This document shows positions 26,029 through 39,486 of a DNA stretch of 64,000 bases, in pieces. Position 1 is the stretch's first letter; each line of letters starts with the position of its first letter. A program made the position numbers and the translations under genes. The stretch comes from Fistulifera solaris (lineage: Eukaryota), in the NCBI GenBank assembly GCA_030295235.1, contig AP026135.1, positions 186,001 through 250,000 of the forward strand, in the 5' to 3' direction. The notes beneath the pieces are model-generated. The model was given only the letters and a program-made list of their open reading frames with translations, was not told the DNA's origin and searched no databases.

Positions 26029-27297
26029 ATGGGACAGTTCAAAACTTTGATCCTGCTGGCGACAACGTCCTTAATTTGGGAGCAGTCCTTGGCGTTCGTC
26101 GTACCTCAACCATCACTTTCGCGATGTGTTTCGGTAATGGCAGCCGGTGGCAACAAGAAGCGCCGTCGGAGAAAAGAAGCACCGACCGGATCCACCGCGA
26201 TAGACCCTATCAAATTAGAAAAAGAGGCAGTCGAAGAAGAAGAAGGTGACGAGACTACGATATCAACAAAAGAATTATCCCAATTCGATCTCAAGCCGGA
26301 TGGTGTTGCGCAAGGTAAGGCTTCTTTTGTACGAGTTTGTTTCGACAGATAAGGTCGGATTCTCACATCGATTCCTTTCCTAATCGTAGATTCCACCATT
26401 TTCTTGCAGGACATTGAAGAGGTGGCACAATTCAACTTCAAAAATCGCGATGATATTTTTAAAGGTACGTTCTTTGATTGCGTTTTTTGTATCATGTATG
26501 CAATCACTGAAAAGCACATTAGGTATCGGAGACGAGGAAAGACCGGCCCCAAGTACGACGGATGCGGCTATTCCTTTGCCCGATATCAGGGAGGCTCGAC
26601 AAAAGAAGCTTCTAGAAGAAGAATTGGCGCGGATGGAAGAAGAAAAAGAGTTATCGAAACCTAAAATCAAGCGTAGTGATAGGGCGGCTTTCATGAAGGT
26701 AAGCGCAAACTACTAGCGGAAGATACAATGTTGTGATTTTGAACTGATTCCGAACACCGCTTAATCTATATCTCCCAGTTACTCGAGCAACAACCATTCT
26801 CGGATGCCGATGATTCTTTGTTTGAAGAAGAGGAGTACACCACAATCAGCGCTTTGTTAGGAGAACGGTCGGCCAAGTTTATCGGTATTCCAGCCGGCCC
26901 AATTCAAGTGGGTCACTTCATCGGTGCATTGGGTATTTTGCTCATGGCCTTTGTGGAGTACCCTGGCTTCCCATTGACCAACTTACCGACACCCCTGCGC
27001 GGAGCATTACAAGGAGGTAAGTAATTGAAAAATACCGTTGTAGTGTTGAAGGACTAGTACATTTCTCAATGTCCTCAACTTTGGAAAGGCTTGGGTATTG
27101 TTTACGGAATCAACACAGTGTTGGCAGTTGCAGCTGCATTCCAGGCACGTCAAAGAGACCAACCAATTCCACTATGGGTGGCAAAAACATGGGCCGTCGG
27201 CGGTCTAGCTTATGATCAGCTAACACAATTACCAACACTTGAGTCAATCGAGAAAGCAAAATCTGTCAAGGGGGCTAGATCGAAAAAGAAGCGCTGA
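26029..27297 (+). CDS. Probable plastid-targeted hypothetical protein; introns about 26315-26389, 26465-26522, 26699-26778 and 27017-27088
   Basis: Signal peptide ending SLA-F followed by a transit-like stretch. GT-AG introns link the ORF-track fragments in frame, and there are C-terminal TM segments. Confidence 0.7.
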
Positions 27298-27470
27298 GAT
27301 TGCTAGTTGGGTTGCGTGGTTCACGATATTTACAACAGTAACAGTTAATGCATTCTGGTTCAATCGCTAGCCAATGTACGTTATGAATACAACAGATTTT
27401 TTTTATGAAGGTCCTAATTTATTATGCAATTGTGACGCCCGCCATATGTTACTTGGACAGCCTTCCCAGT

Positions 27471-28810
27471 CTATTCTTTCATAGAGGGATCCGTGACACT
27501 GGAGGGCGGAGGGTTAGAAGATCTTCGATACGGGCGGCTATTCGGAATACCTCGATGTTGGCTCATCATCATGCGCATTCGTACTCGTGGAGTATGCGAC
27601 CCACCTGATTTGCCAACAGATAGTACTCGATGACCGGACAAGCCCGTTCGAAAATCGATCCCGTCGAAGGAGGAAGTGTGTGTCGGCATTCTCGGCAACG
27701 AATGCATTTGCTCCGTTCGGTTGTTCATGTTCTCGTCGCATTCTGACCCCGTGTAGTAAAACAATTGCCTGTAATTTTGTTCGTTTTCACCCTTTTGATA
27801 ATCAGGGGAAGCTTGACGAGTGGGAGTATCCTCAAACGAATTTGTAGCCGATGAACCAGGGGAGCTTTGTGGTGTTTGAAAGGTAGGTTTTACAATATGT
27901 TGTTCGGGGGTGGTGGGATAAGACTCAAAGGAGACGGGCTCCATAAAGTTGGGAGCCGCGGTTTCCAGCGCAGCTTCCAATTGACGACTCAAGTTGGTTT
28001 CCAGCTTGCGGTTCGCTTCCAGTTCTCGTTGCAAGTCAGCGCTTCGATTTCGAACCGTTTTTAGTAGCCCTTCTAATCGACAAGCTTCGTCAACAGGTGT
28101 CCCGACTGGTAAAAATGTGAGAAAAGGTGGCGTACGAGCAACAATGCATGCGACTAGTCCTCACCTTTGACAAGCTGTGATTTATTGGCCTTGACAAATC
28201 CTGCGTTTCGTGCCAGACGGGCTATGCCATTCTCGAAATCCACAACTTGTATTTTCTGACGTTTCATGAGCACTGTGCTGTCTACTTCTCTGTTTTTCAT
28301 TTCACCTTCGGTGTTGCGCGGATCCCAAGATACGACGGTCAAGGGCTCTTTTACAAGATAGGTGCCACAAGAACTCGACAAGGCTGTTGTGCCATGGATC
28401 ATCGGATGCGACTCATACATTTCCTCGTCATCCTCCATGGCGGCATTGTCTCCCGCCGACGGACGCGACTGACATTCCGCTACTTCCATCAATGACATCA
28501 ATACAAGATTCTTCGGTATGGGGAGCGGTGTTGTGGAAGTTGGCGGGGCATGCGAACGGACAGGCGACTGTGGACTCATGAGGGCGTGAACGGCACGAGA
28601 AGACGGAATCGAGTGACTGCTCAAATACAAGGACTCTCGACATTCCATGCACTTGTCTATGCGTTTGGTGCACGGCAAGCACACAAACGTGTGTCCACAG
28701 GGAAGGACCATGGGAGGACGATCCTTGAGATGGAAGGCTTCAAAGCATATCAGGCAATGAAAAGGGATCCGCTTGGCCGTTTCAGCGGCCATTTTGGATG
28801 GAGTATCCAT
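27471..28810 (-). CDS. RING-finger protein with coiled coil; intron about 28107-28163
   Basis: CLICFEAF...LPCGHTFVCLPC...CMECR RING-HC motif with a downstream PKNLVL; splices into the 27471-28034 frame. Confidence 0.8.
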
Positions 28811-29319
28811 GATCGTAAATGCTTATTGTTTAATAATTATGAATGAATGATGACCTTTGGAAAATATTTTCATCTTTGATTGGAAAGAATAGCTGTTTCA
28901 TGTTCGTTGTGAATCATGATGGGGGAGAGATTTTGGTGTTCCATTCGTCCACTTCACAATAATCGAAAAAATGTTTCGCCCTAAAATTTTAATTCGCATA
29001 ATGTATACTATGGGAGCGGAGACGTATACAATTATTCGTATCTGTAGCTCGCTATAAAAAGAAGGCCTAAGATCACGGAGCGAGCCGGCCATAAAACCTT
29101 TTAAGTACTCATCTCACTATCACATGGCAGTCCACTCTTTTCACCACTTTACGCGTGGCGGGAGAATTTGATAAGAAACGATTGCGACGCGGAGCGACAT
29201 AACGATCGACGCAAGGATTGCCAACAACATAGTGTTTATTGACACGCATCTCGTCTCAACAAAAGTATCATTATTTGTTGCTGTTTAGAAAGCTCTTTTA
29301 AACTTTTGACAAACAGTGC

Positions 29320-30690
29320 ATGATTGATGAGGTGGAAAAACATGACTGGAGCTATCTCACGGAAGGGGGAAAGCATGTGATCTTTTCTTCTTCCTCCTCA
29401 ACATGGCTGCTTCGCATCGACAAAGCCGATCTAGTTAAAGGAGGCCAAGGAAACAAAGGCTGTACAGATGTAGAATTTCTCAGCAACTTTCTTGCGCCCT
29501 ACGTCTCGAAGCCCACGTACTTGAATTTGCCCCCTTGTTTCGCGAAAAAGCTTTTACAAGAAGCGCTCGCGTGTGGTCGCATTCCGGCATCGCGCAAAAA
29601 GGACTGGTCCAGCTCTGACAAAGACAATAAGAAATCGAAGCAACTGCCTACAATCGCTCAATTCGTAAGGGATGCTCGCTTATGGCACTCGGATCCCAGC
29701 CAAAATACACTTTTCAGTGTCGAAATCAAACCCAAAGCGGGCTATCGATGTTTTTCGCCGTTGGTGGATCCGGGTCGTCGCATCAAATATCAAGTTCCCC
29801 GTTTTTGTTTGATGCAACAGCTTCGTGGGTCTTGTAGTAAATACAATCCTCTGGATTTGTTTTCGGGGAATATCGACCGAATGGAAATCGCCGTGCAAGA
29901 ATTATTCCAGTGCCCCCAGAACAATTTGCGGGTGTGGAGAGGGCGAGAAGCATTTGATGCCAAAGGAGATGCTGTTTCTTTTCTAAAAGTAATGACTACT
30001 CGTGTACTTTATGAGGAGCCTTGCTTGTCCAAATTGTTGGAACTACAAAGGCTGGACATTCTCGACGGAGACGGAGCGGTTCTATTATACGAACACCTGA
30101 TCCAATTGTGCGAAGGGCAGGAACATGTGGCCATGGAATTGATCGATTCCAGTTGGAGTATTGCTAATGAAAGAAGCACGTCTATTCTCCCAGAATCTCC
30201 GATTCGCTTGGTGCATCCTTCATCTGAATTATTGTTGTTCGGTGAAAAGATTCGAATGTTTTCACAAGAACTCGACCGGGCATGGCCGAATGTTCCACCG
30301 AAGACATACCTCGATACACAGAGAGAAGAAGCTCTGGATTTGCTCTATCGACTCGATCGAGATGATTCTGTTTTCCTGTTACAGAACTGGCTGTTGTCTC
30401 TTTGCTTGTGTGATGTTAGTGTCTTTGTTACCTTTTCCTGTCGAAGTGACTGTGCAGTTCCTTGGTCCATTCTTCCCCGTACGTACACCACGGAACGTCT
30501 ACAAGAAGCTGGTGTGCCTGGCTTATTGCAGATTCAGCTGTCGAATTCCCATGATAGTAGCGCAGAGTGTGTGGATGTTGAGTTCGAATACTATATTCAT
30601 ATCATCGATTTTGATCGCAAACCGGCGAGTAAGTTAAGGACACGACACTTGAAGGAAAAGGCGCTCAATGGATTAAAGCTAAATATATAA
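29320..30690 (+). CDS. IPK1: Inositol-pentakisphosphate 2-kinase
   Basis: WSYLTEGGKH, VEIKPKAG, PRFCLMQ, YNPLDLFSG, PQNNLRVW, DVSVFV and IIDFDRK match IPK1 motifs. Confidence 0.85.
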   Translation: MIDEVEKHDWSYLTEGGKHVIFSSSSSTWLLRIDKADLVKGGQGNKGCTDVEFLSNFLAPYVSKPTYLNLPPCFAKKLLQEALACGRIPASRKKDWSSSDKDNKKSKQLPTIAQFVRDARLWHSDPSQNTLFSVEIKPKAGYRCFSPLVDPGRRIKYQVPRFCLMQQLRGSCSKYNPLDLFSGNIDRMEIAVQELFQCPQNNLRVWRGREAFDAKGDAVSFLKVMTTRVLYEEPCLSKLLELQRLDILDGDGAVLLYEHLIQLCEGQEHVAMELIDSSWSIANERSTSILPESPIRLVHPSSELLLFGEKIRMFSQELDRAWPNVPPKTYLDTQREEALDLLYRLDRDDSVFLLQNWLLSLCLCDVSVFVTFSCRSDCAVPWSILPRTYTTERLQEAGVPGLLQIQLSNSHDSSAECVDVEFEYYIHIIDFDRKPASKLRTRHLKEKALNGLKLNI

Positions 30691-30755
30691 AAGAAGGAAT
30701 TGCAAACAGCGTTCTTGGCAATGTTAAAGTAGCTGAAATAATTCATAATAATGTT

Positions 30756-33700
30756 TCACCGGATGTCCATTTTAATTTTGACATTCATTCCTGCAAGTTC
30801 GTTGACCAAATATCTGTAGACATAAGGGAGAATAATAGGCTCAACCGCATCATCATTTCCGTCGTCACGATCTGACGCTTCCATGCAAGCTCGGTTTCTG
30901 CAGAACAGTCTAAGCTTAGGTTTGTTCACAGCATCGAGCGCACTTTGACCAGTTGTTTGAACAATACTTCGCTCTGTCGTCGGCATTAGTAGATCTCCAC
31001 ATCGACTACACGCATAGGCAACGTGCTTGTCACTGCAATTGAGAAGCCGGTCTTGCAAGAGAAAAGCGGTTCCGTGACTAAGAAGACTATCTCGTTCCAT
31101 CTCACCGAGTCGAATTCCACCACCCTTCTTTCTGCCTTTAATGGGCTGCCGAGTGAGCTCATTGATTGGCCCTGTCGCTCGCACTTGATATTTATCAGAT
31201 ACCATGTGACGGAGTCGCTGGTAGTAAACTACTCCAATGTATAGATCAGCCTGCATGACACACCCTGATACCCCGCTATAAAGTGCCTCGCTTCCGTAAT
31301 AGTTGTAGCCTGCTGCCTGGAGTTGTTCTCCAAAGTAGTCAATGGAAACTTTGTCACCGGACTCGTGGAATGTAAATGGCGTAGCGTCTTGATAGCACCC
31401 GTGCATTGCCCCGGCCTTACCAGCCATACTCTCAACTAACATCCCAATCGTCATTCGACTAGGAAATGCGTGTGGATTGATAATCACATCTGGTGACATT
31501 CCGGATTCGCTGAAAGGCATATCCTCCTGAGGCCAGAGAATGCTTAGAACACCCTTCTGCCCGTGTCGACTTGAAAACTTGTCTCCGATGATTGGGTTCC
31601 TCGGAAATCGAAGAGTGATCGATGCCATTTCTTCGGAAGGCTTATCACTGTCACTCGCTAGCTTCCTAACCGATTGAACGTACGCTATTTCTCTTTCTTT
31701 GTGCTTCTTGACCCTATCCTTTCCACTGACAGAGTCTATCACACAATAGATCGGGTCTCCCTCTGTGATTCGATCACCAGTTTGTGGAAACCCATCTTCT
31801 TGGAGGCTTTCGTACCTGTACTTGTCGCCGTCCCATTTGTTGCCAATCGAACTCTCGCTTCGGCGCCAGATGACGGAGCACCCGCCATTTTGGCTTCTTC
31901 CGCGAGATCAACCAGCATTGTTTTGTACACTGATGCGTGACCAAATCCTCTTTCATAGGAGCTTTTGTTGAGAATCATAGCGTCTTCCATATCAAAACCG
32001 GTGTAACTAAGGACAGCTGGCAGAGAGAGTGAGACAATGTAAATGCTGGAGAAGACCGAAGCTTGGCAAATACTTACCAACAACAGCATTGGCCCCATTA
32101 GGGTATTCGTCCATTTTGTACTTTCCATGCGTTGACGTCTGTACCAGTGGTGCCTGCGGATTCTGTAGTCTGTACAGCTTATTGTCAGGTCTATAAGGGA
32201 ACGAATGACATGGCGTTCCCATTGTTTGTTTCCCCATCTGGCACTGGTACATGTTACGAGGAGACTGGTTCTGATCTGAAAATGGAGTCAAGTTTGCAAT
32301 CAAACTGAGCATGTCAGTCGGATCAAGCTCTTGGTGGGTGGTAATACCTTCTCGGATGTCCTCATCAAGACACGCAATATCCATAAACGCTTGCTCAAGC
32401 GGTCCAATCAATTCTATTTTTCCGCTAGACCTCTGAAGCACAGGACGCACGAGTCGCGCTGCTCCGGTAAACAAAAACAGCCCAGGGTATGGTGATCCTC
32501 GATTGCCAGGTGGGACATATGCTGCTTCAAGTGTCGGAGGAACTATCGGCGGTTCTGATACCTTCAAACTGCGTAAATGGACAGATATCTTTTGCAAGTC
32601 GATGCACTTGCTCCTCCTACAATACGACCATCGATGCAAACCGGAAGGAGGTGGTGTAAACTCGGAGCTCGACCATCTCCATTGCTACTTCCACAACCAA
32701 CCGGCGAAATGCCAAGCGATATGAGTAATTGCTCGAGGTCCTTCATTCCTTTTTCATTCAATTTTGCGGGGTACGTCATTATTTTGGACTTGAGCGCCAA
32801 ATGGCTGAGTAAACCACACGGCCCTCCATCAGGAGTGTGTACCGGACACAAGAAGCCCCACTGGTCTGGAAGTAATTTCCGCACAGCAGTAGTTTTCATC
32901 TCCATGAAAAATTGACCTCGGTGGACCGATCGAAAGTGCGCGCAATACCGCAGGAAATTCAGCCTTTCGGCAACAATCGTGTATCCAGAGACCTGCATCA
33001 AATCTAAACCCGTTGTCGAGACAATGTTACCTGTGGATAGAAAGTGCTGCACTTTCTTCCCAATTCCACCCGACCCCTTTCCTGAATATCGATCCACCAT
33101 CTTTTCCCAATACCGCTGGTCATGCGTTAGTTTAGCCGACGTGCGGACAAAGTCTTTCCTCATCTCAATATAAATACCCAACCTCATCGCCTGCAAGAAC
33201 TCTTCAAACTTTTCTTTGACGAATGCGCACATAAGATGACCAGGAAGAAGGATCTCTTGGTTTTGCAAAGAATCGGCATTGTCCACCCCACAATCACCTG
33301 CAGCAAAAGAATAAACCTTTCTCAACATCATCAACAAGCACTCTAACTTGTCACTGTAATTTTCGAGATGAATCATGATATACCTTCGAATCATGAAGTG
33401 TCCAATGTCAATGTCACTGGTCGTTTCCGCTTTCAAGCTCAGTCGTCGGAATCGTGCCCCTATAAACGCCAGGCATTCATCCGGTGTATTGAGCTGACGA
33501 AAGCGCGCACGAGCATCTTGCAACAACAAGCCCGCTCGCGCCACCAAAAAGGTGTTGGTATCATCCCCCTGAACGATCCGACGGTACAGTTCTTCGTCGG
33601 TAATTCCTCCCCGACGATCTGACCCCGCGGCAACATCGGCCGCTCCTACCGATGAGCCACTCAACGATCGCAGTAGCAAGATGACGGGAATCAAAAATTC

Positions 33701-34570
33701 TTGTTTGCGACACACAAAGCGCAAACTGGCTCCGCCCGTGGTCAAATAATGCACCGTATTCGTGATACTGGTCTGATCCCCATTCGATCGAGCACACCGC
33801 ATGGCGACACCCAGATCTGTATACGTATTTCCACGATTTTTATAATTGGAACGTTGAATGGCGGTGGGATGATTGCGACGCGGAATCTGCAACAATCGGA
33901 CACACCGTTCAATGCCCTTGACGACAAAGTATCCACCCGCTTCATTTTGCTGTCCGCGTGGGAAGTGAGTAGCGAAAAAAATCTGGCACGGTATTATTAT
34001 ACTATTCAGTATTCCTTGTCTTACCTCTTCTTTGAGTTGAATTAACTGTTTCGGTTCTAGTTGATGCAAATGACACGCTCGACTCATCACACAAATGGGA
34101 ATATTGCCAAACGCCCGTTTCGGCAAGCGCACCGTTTTTCCCGGAAACGTTTGTCCATTGCGTCTTTCCTGTATTTGATAACAAAACGTCGCTGTCATGG
34201 GTCCCACATACATGAGATTGCGTTCGCGACATTCTCGTGGCAACAAAGGCTTATTATTATTACTACTATTGCCATCTTGTTGTCGACAGGGAGGACTGAC
34301 CCGGACATCTTCGATCCAAAATTGCAACGATGGTATTTCACTCCAGTCTAGTTGTTGTTGTTGTTGTTGTAATGATAATTTGCGGGGATCTACAAGACAC
34401 AATTCGGCTGGTTCAATGTCCTGTATGCCTTGACTCAATCCGACATCTAAAAAGTAATTGAAGGAATCGACGTGCGGGGCCGTCAACTCACGCAATTGTT
34501 CAACATCTTGCAAATGCGGTTCATGACCATTGCGAAAGGAAGGACACGTCTCGACGGGGCCTGATTTCAT
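30756..34570 (-). CDS. RPA2: RNA polymerase I second-largest subunit; introns about 33950-34024 and 32016-32077; frameshifts near 32600 and 31820
   Basis: [79 protein letters not shown] and NELAGMNV are Pol I-type signatures. Confidence 0.95.
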
Positions 34571-34980
34571 TCTACAGAGAGTGTACTGATGATAATAAAA
34601 GGATACAACGAGAAAAACAGAGAAGGACAAATAATAATAATGGGGGATCTCTCGGTTTTTTCTTTTGGTGCCAGGTACCAGGTATATTTTTTCTTCGGAA
34701 AAAAAAATAGGAGTAATAAAAAAGTTGGATGGCGACGATGTGTGTTGGCATTCGACAGCCAGACGTTCGTGAGTCAAATGAATCCCATGTCGCACCGAAA
34801 TCGAGGTACACCTTGTATACGACGTACGACCACGCGATCTTTATCCTTCAACTCTCCTCACACGTAAAAATGGCTGACAAGAGGAATGGATCGCGTCGTA
34901 CAAGTACTTTGTACCTTTTGGCTTCCTTTGGTTGAACTGAACGTTTTATCAATTATTTCAATAATATTCATTAATACACC

Positions 34981-35867
34981 ATGAAGTCCGCTGTTGTTGC
35001 ATCACTCATCGCCTCCGCGGCTGCGTTTGCTCCCGCCTCGCAGACTGGTATGTCGATTGCATTATAATATTATACTCTGTATTATTTTATTTTTTTGGAA
35101 GCGAGCAGCATTGAGAAAGCCGAAAGCTGTAGAGTTTGTAGAATGACTGGAATGAATGCTAGTCTGGCTAGACAAATAGCGTATCAAACAGATATATATT
35201 CGCTTTCTCAATAATTTGCAATACAAAAGCCTCCTCACTCTTTTTTTCTCTTTGTTTCTCTTTCATACTACTTCCAGCACGCCCAACGACCCAGCTCTTT
35301 GAAGACGCTGCGGCCACTCCGGCGGCGGTGGCGACCCCCGTCTACAAGGCCAGTCCGGCTTTGCCGTTCTTGGAATATCCCCCCAATTTGGCCGGATACG
35401 CCGGTGATGTTGGCTTTGATCCGTTCCGTTTTTCCGACTTTTGTCCGGTGGATTTCTTGCGCGAATCCGAACTCAAACACGGTCGCATTGCCATGTTGGC
35501 CATTGTTGGCTTTGCTTCGGTCGATTTGGGCTTGCGAGTGTATCCGACACCCGATTTCATGGAAGGCTTGACGTCGGTCACTGCCCATGATGCCTTGGTG
35601 CAAGCCGGATCCATGAGTCAAATTCTGTTGTGGGCGTCGTTCATGGAAGTCTTTGGTACTGCCGCCTTGATTCAAACGTTGCAAGGTTCGGGACGGGCCG
35701 CCGGGGACTTTGGTTTCGATGGTGGTATGCTCAAGAACAAGTCGGCCGCTCAGATCGAAGACATGAAGTTGAAAGAAATCACCCACTGCCGTTTGGCCAT
35801 GTTGGCCTTTGGTGGCATGGTCACACAGGCCGTCTTGTACGACACGGGATTCCCCTATTTGAAGTAA
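34981..35867 (+). CDS. Fucoxanthin-chlorophyll a/c light-harvesting protein (Lhcr-like); intron 35048-35277
   Basis: Presequence MKSAVVASLIASAAAFAP, then SPALPFL, GFDPF, LRESELKHGRIAMLA, GDFGFD and EITHCRLAMLA. Confidence 0.95.
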
Positions 35868-35874
35868 ATTGCTT

Positions 35875-35897
35875 CGAACGAACGAACGAACGAACGA
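35875..35897. repeat. (GAAC)n microsatellite in the Lhcr 3' region
   Basis: CGAACGAACGAACGAACGAACGA is visible directly. Confidence 0.8.
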
Positions 35898-36201
35898 GCA
35901 AGTGAGTGAGGGAGTTGTAGCTAAATCGATACTCTAGAACGAAATCGGCCTTTTTCGATTGACTAGTAGTAAGAGTCTGTCTTGTATTTGGTGTTGCTTC
36001 GATTTTGATTCATGGGCTTTGTCAAATAGTTGTAAATTCGGTATTCTTGCTAGTATCACTTTCGCTTAACGAAACACAGACTTTAGGAAAATGACCCAGC
36101 TCTAATAATGCTGTGATTACCAACTAGAGGATAGCTGCTGCTGCTGCTACTCATGGTTTCTTTCTTCTTTCTTTCTTTCCAAAAGATATACAGTGTTCTT
36201 T

Positions 36202-36919
36202 TTAAAAGTAAGGAAAGCCCTTGTCGTACAACACCGCTTGCGTCACGGCACCACTAAACGCCATCATGGCCAAACGACCATTCTTGAGTTCCTGATACTT
36301 TAGCTTGTTGATTTGTGCTTCCGTCTTTCCCTCCAAATACTTGGTCCCAAAGTTAAAGTCACCGGGAGCACGTCCCGATCCTTGCAACATTTCCGAAACG
36401 CCAATGTACGAAACAATTTCGGCCAAGACGATCCAAATCAATGCATTGCCCATGACTTTTTGATCGACCAAGACATCGTGCGCCGCGACGGAACTCAATC
36501 CTTTGCCCAAGGGATGCAAGACAACACCGACATCGGTCGTAATAAAGCCCACAATGGCCAACATGGCAATGCGACCGTGTTTCAATTCGGCTTCTCGCAA
36601 ATAATCCATGGGGAAGTAGTTGGAAAAGCCCAAAGGATCAAAACCAGTTTCTTCACCAATGTAACCCTTGCAGTTTTCGGGGTAGGGAAGGAACGGCATG
36701 GCGGGGCTCTTTTCGGCCGAAAGTGCCGTGGCTTTGCTGGCTGTGTAGTGGAGAGAGAGAGAGAGAAAGAAAGAAAGGGATGAGAGACATATCTATCTAG
36801 CGAATGAAAGAGAAAGAGGCTTCCTCTCTAGTTCGCACAAAAACGAACGTACCTCCCTGAGACGCAGGGGCGAAAGCAGCAGAGACACCTACAATAGATG
36901 CAAGAACGGCGAGCTTCAT
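36202..36919 (-). CDS. Fucoxanthin-chlorophyll a/c light-harvesting protein (Lhcr-like); intron about 36741-36852
   Basis: Presequence MKLAVLASIVGVSAAFAP, then SPAMPFL, GFDPLGF, LREAELKHGRIAMLA and ELKNGRLAMMA. Confidence 0.95.
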
Positions 36920-39486
36920 CTTCGATCAGTTATTACAGTTGAATTGGAAATGAAGAGGATGTGTATAGATATATTATACCTTGAGAGGATCAACAGAGGA
37001 TGATGGTGCGCATGGTCGTTGGCGTCCTTCTGGTTGAGGTCCCAGCTGTGAGAAAGATCGCGAGGGCGCGTTGGCTCACGTCATGTCGATCGAGTCAGAG
37101 CGGTACTGGTAAAGTAGAATAGAAGTCGTCAGGATTGATTTTCACAACATAGGTTTGAATAATGACAGTGCAAAGGAAGTAGAACGGGTTTCCTCCCATC
37201 ATCCCGACGCAATACGCAACACGGAACCCATGTTTCAACCATCATTATCGAACGGATTCTCATTCCTTCGTCCTTCATTGACTCAGTATCATTCATCTCT
37301 ATCATCTGATTCAATCAGTCGTATAATCCTCTTAAAATGACAACTCCCGACAAAGTACCCTGCCGTGGATTTCAAGGAGACAAAAAGTCAATGACTGACT
37401 TGTTTCGACAATCCTTGGGCACGGGTCCACCCGTATCGCGTCGGCTGTGTCTTTCCCCAAACCTCGATTTGCCAGCGTATTATCCCGGAGCTGCCCACTT
37501 CAGAATTTCGTCTCTGTTAACAGAAGAATGTATGTGGATATTGGTCACAAAATCGTGTCAACACGAATTGGGATCGCCACCGTAAGACGCGCGCTGCTGG
37601 GTGTCCGGACGTTTCAATCATACCAAGAAATCGTCAAAAGACGATGACGCGGCCACCGAAAATTGATGTCATCCAAGTGCAACAACGATTGACGGAACGC
37701 AGTTATGTGCAACTGGGCGGCGAATCCTGGTAAAAATCAAACAACTTTCAATGAAAGCCATTCGTGAACAAAGGATGGAGCAATTGACCGAATTGCGACG
37801 GAAAATTCGAAAAATGAATCCATCTTATTTATGATGAAACTGGAAAAGATGTAATAAATTGTGTGAAGCGGGTAAAAGGGAAAGAGTCTATAATAATATG
37901 TGTGATGCCGTCGGACTTTCCACAAGGATTTTTTTAATCGACGGATGTTTCAAATCAAGACTGAAATGTATTTATTCGTGAATGACGCAATGACGGCCAG
38001 AACGGTGGCGTGGTACCACCCATCATCAAAACGAAAAAGCCATCCTTCCTTCCTTCCTTCCTTCGTGTCAATCAACGCCGAGACGAATGAGTTCCAGGTT
38101 CCAGGAGAGCAGCACCTCAACGGTGCTTTCCTACAATGCACGGGTTGGAGGAGGAGTCGCTCTTACGTTGAAGATGTTGGGCCGATAAAAAGGTAAGAAA
38201 AGTTGGTCGACGGTAATCGATTGGAGAGACGACTACTCGCTGATTATAGACAGATTATTAGCTCTATCGGAAGACTCCCTCGAGGGTTTGTCGACAAAAA
38301 TCGCACGTATTATATGAGAGAATCTTCGACATGATTTTTAAAGGAACACTTATTTCATTTTTTACCTCACACTTTTTTCTGTTGTTCAGATTGATTATTG
38401 TTGTGGAATATTGAATTGACATTCATTGTCCAATCTTTTCGTCAAGGTAAGACACGAAACGCGCTTTGACAAATCTTCGTGGTGGAATGCATCGTTATGC
38501 CTTTTTCGCAACGGCAACCCATCTGCCATGGAGAGTTGTCCTATCTATGGACAAAATTATTTTATTCTCCGCCAAGGGTTGCCAAGAATGATCTAGCCGA
38601 GCTACTTTAGGAATCATCCCATTAACTATACTCATTGAATGGGGCGAGTCGAAAGCTCGTGACACTGTTTTCGCGCGTGTATAGTAATCGACCTCACGAG
38701 TGTTCGTTTGCTGTTCGTTTGCAGAAACAAGGAGACGTAGTATGGAATGCCCTTTACTACGCTTGACCAGCAAAAAGTTCGTACGGTAAGTCACTTTTAA
38801 GTCGGAGCGCACGCCTTCCTCGTGACGAAAAACCATGCTGCGTTCTTTCTGAAACTATTCATGATTGATTCTACATGTTGGTTTGTATTCTCCGAAGGAA
38901 TCTCGTTGTTGTCGTGCGTCCTCTTAAGTTTCGATTCAAATCTGTCTAATAACCTTCATTGTGTTCTACAGAGCGCAATGCGTAATGTCAAGCACGCATA
39001 CGAGTAGAACATAGAATAAACAATAAAGATTTGAGGTAAGATCTGCTGGCGAACAATGTCTTGCGTGGGTGGAATTTTGCAAATGAGGAAGTTGAAGGGA
39101 ATGATTACTCTGCGGAGTAGCAATGTGAAATAACCTTTTTACCAATGGATCCTTCTGATGCACTATTGTCGTGATTTTGAGAATTGTTTTGAAAACCCGA
39201 ATCTCATGAAGATCCATCGTTTGCGTGGGCAACCCATAAAATCGTGGTCATGGCCTTTGAACAGCGAACGAGCCAGGGCATAAACTATGGGTGACTCGAG
39301 ACCCTATCTGAGATACTTTTTTCGTTTTCATGATAACGTTCTAAAGCGAACGAGCTCACTTCATTCTCTCTCACATACATTGTTTACAAGGACAAGATGT
39401 TCTTTTAATTCTATATTCGGATTTTACTCCACATTCTACATCTATGTTAAGTACGACGATTGATTCCACAAAACAAATGAACGGAA

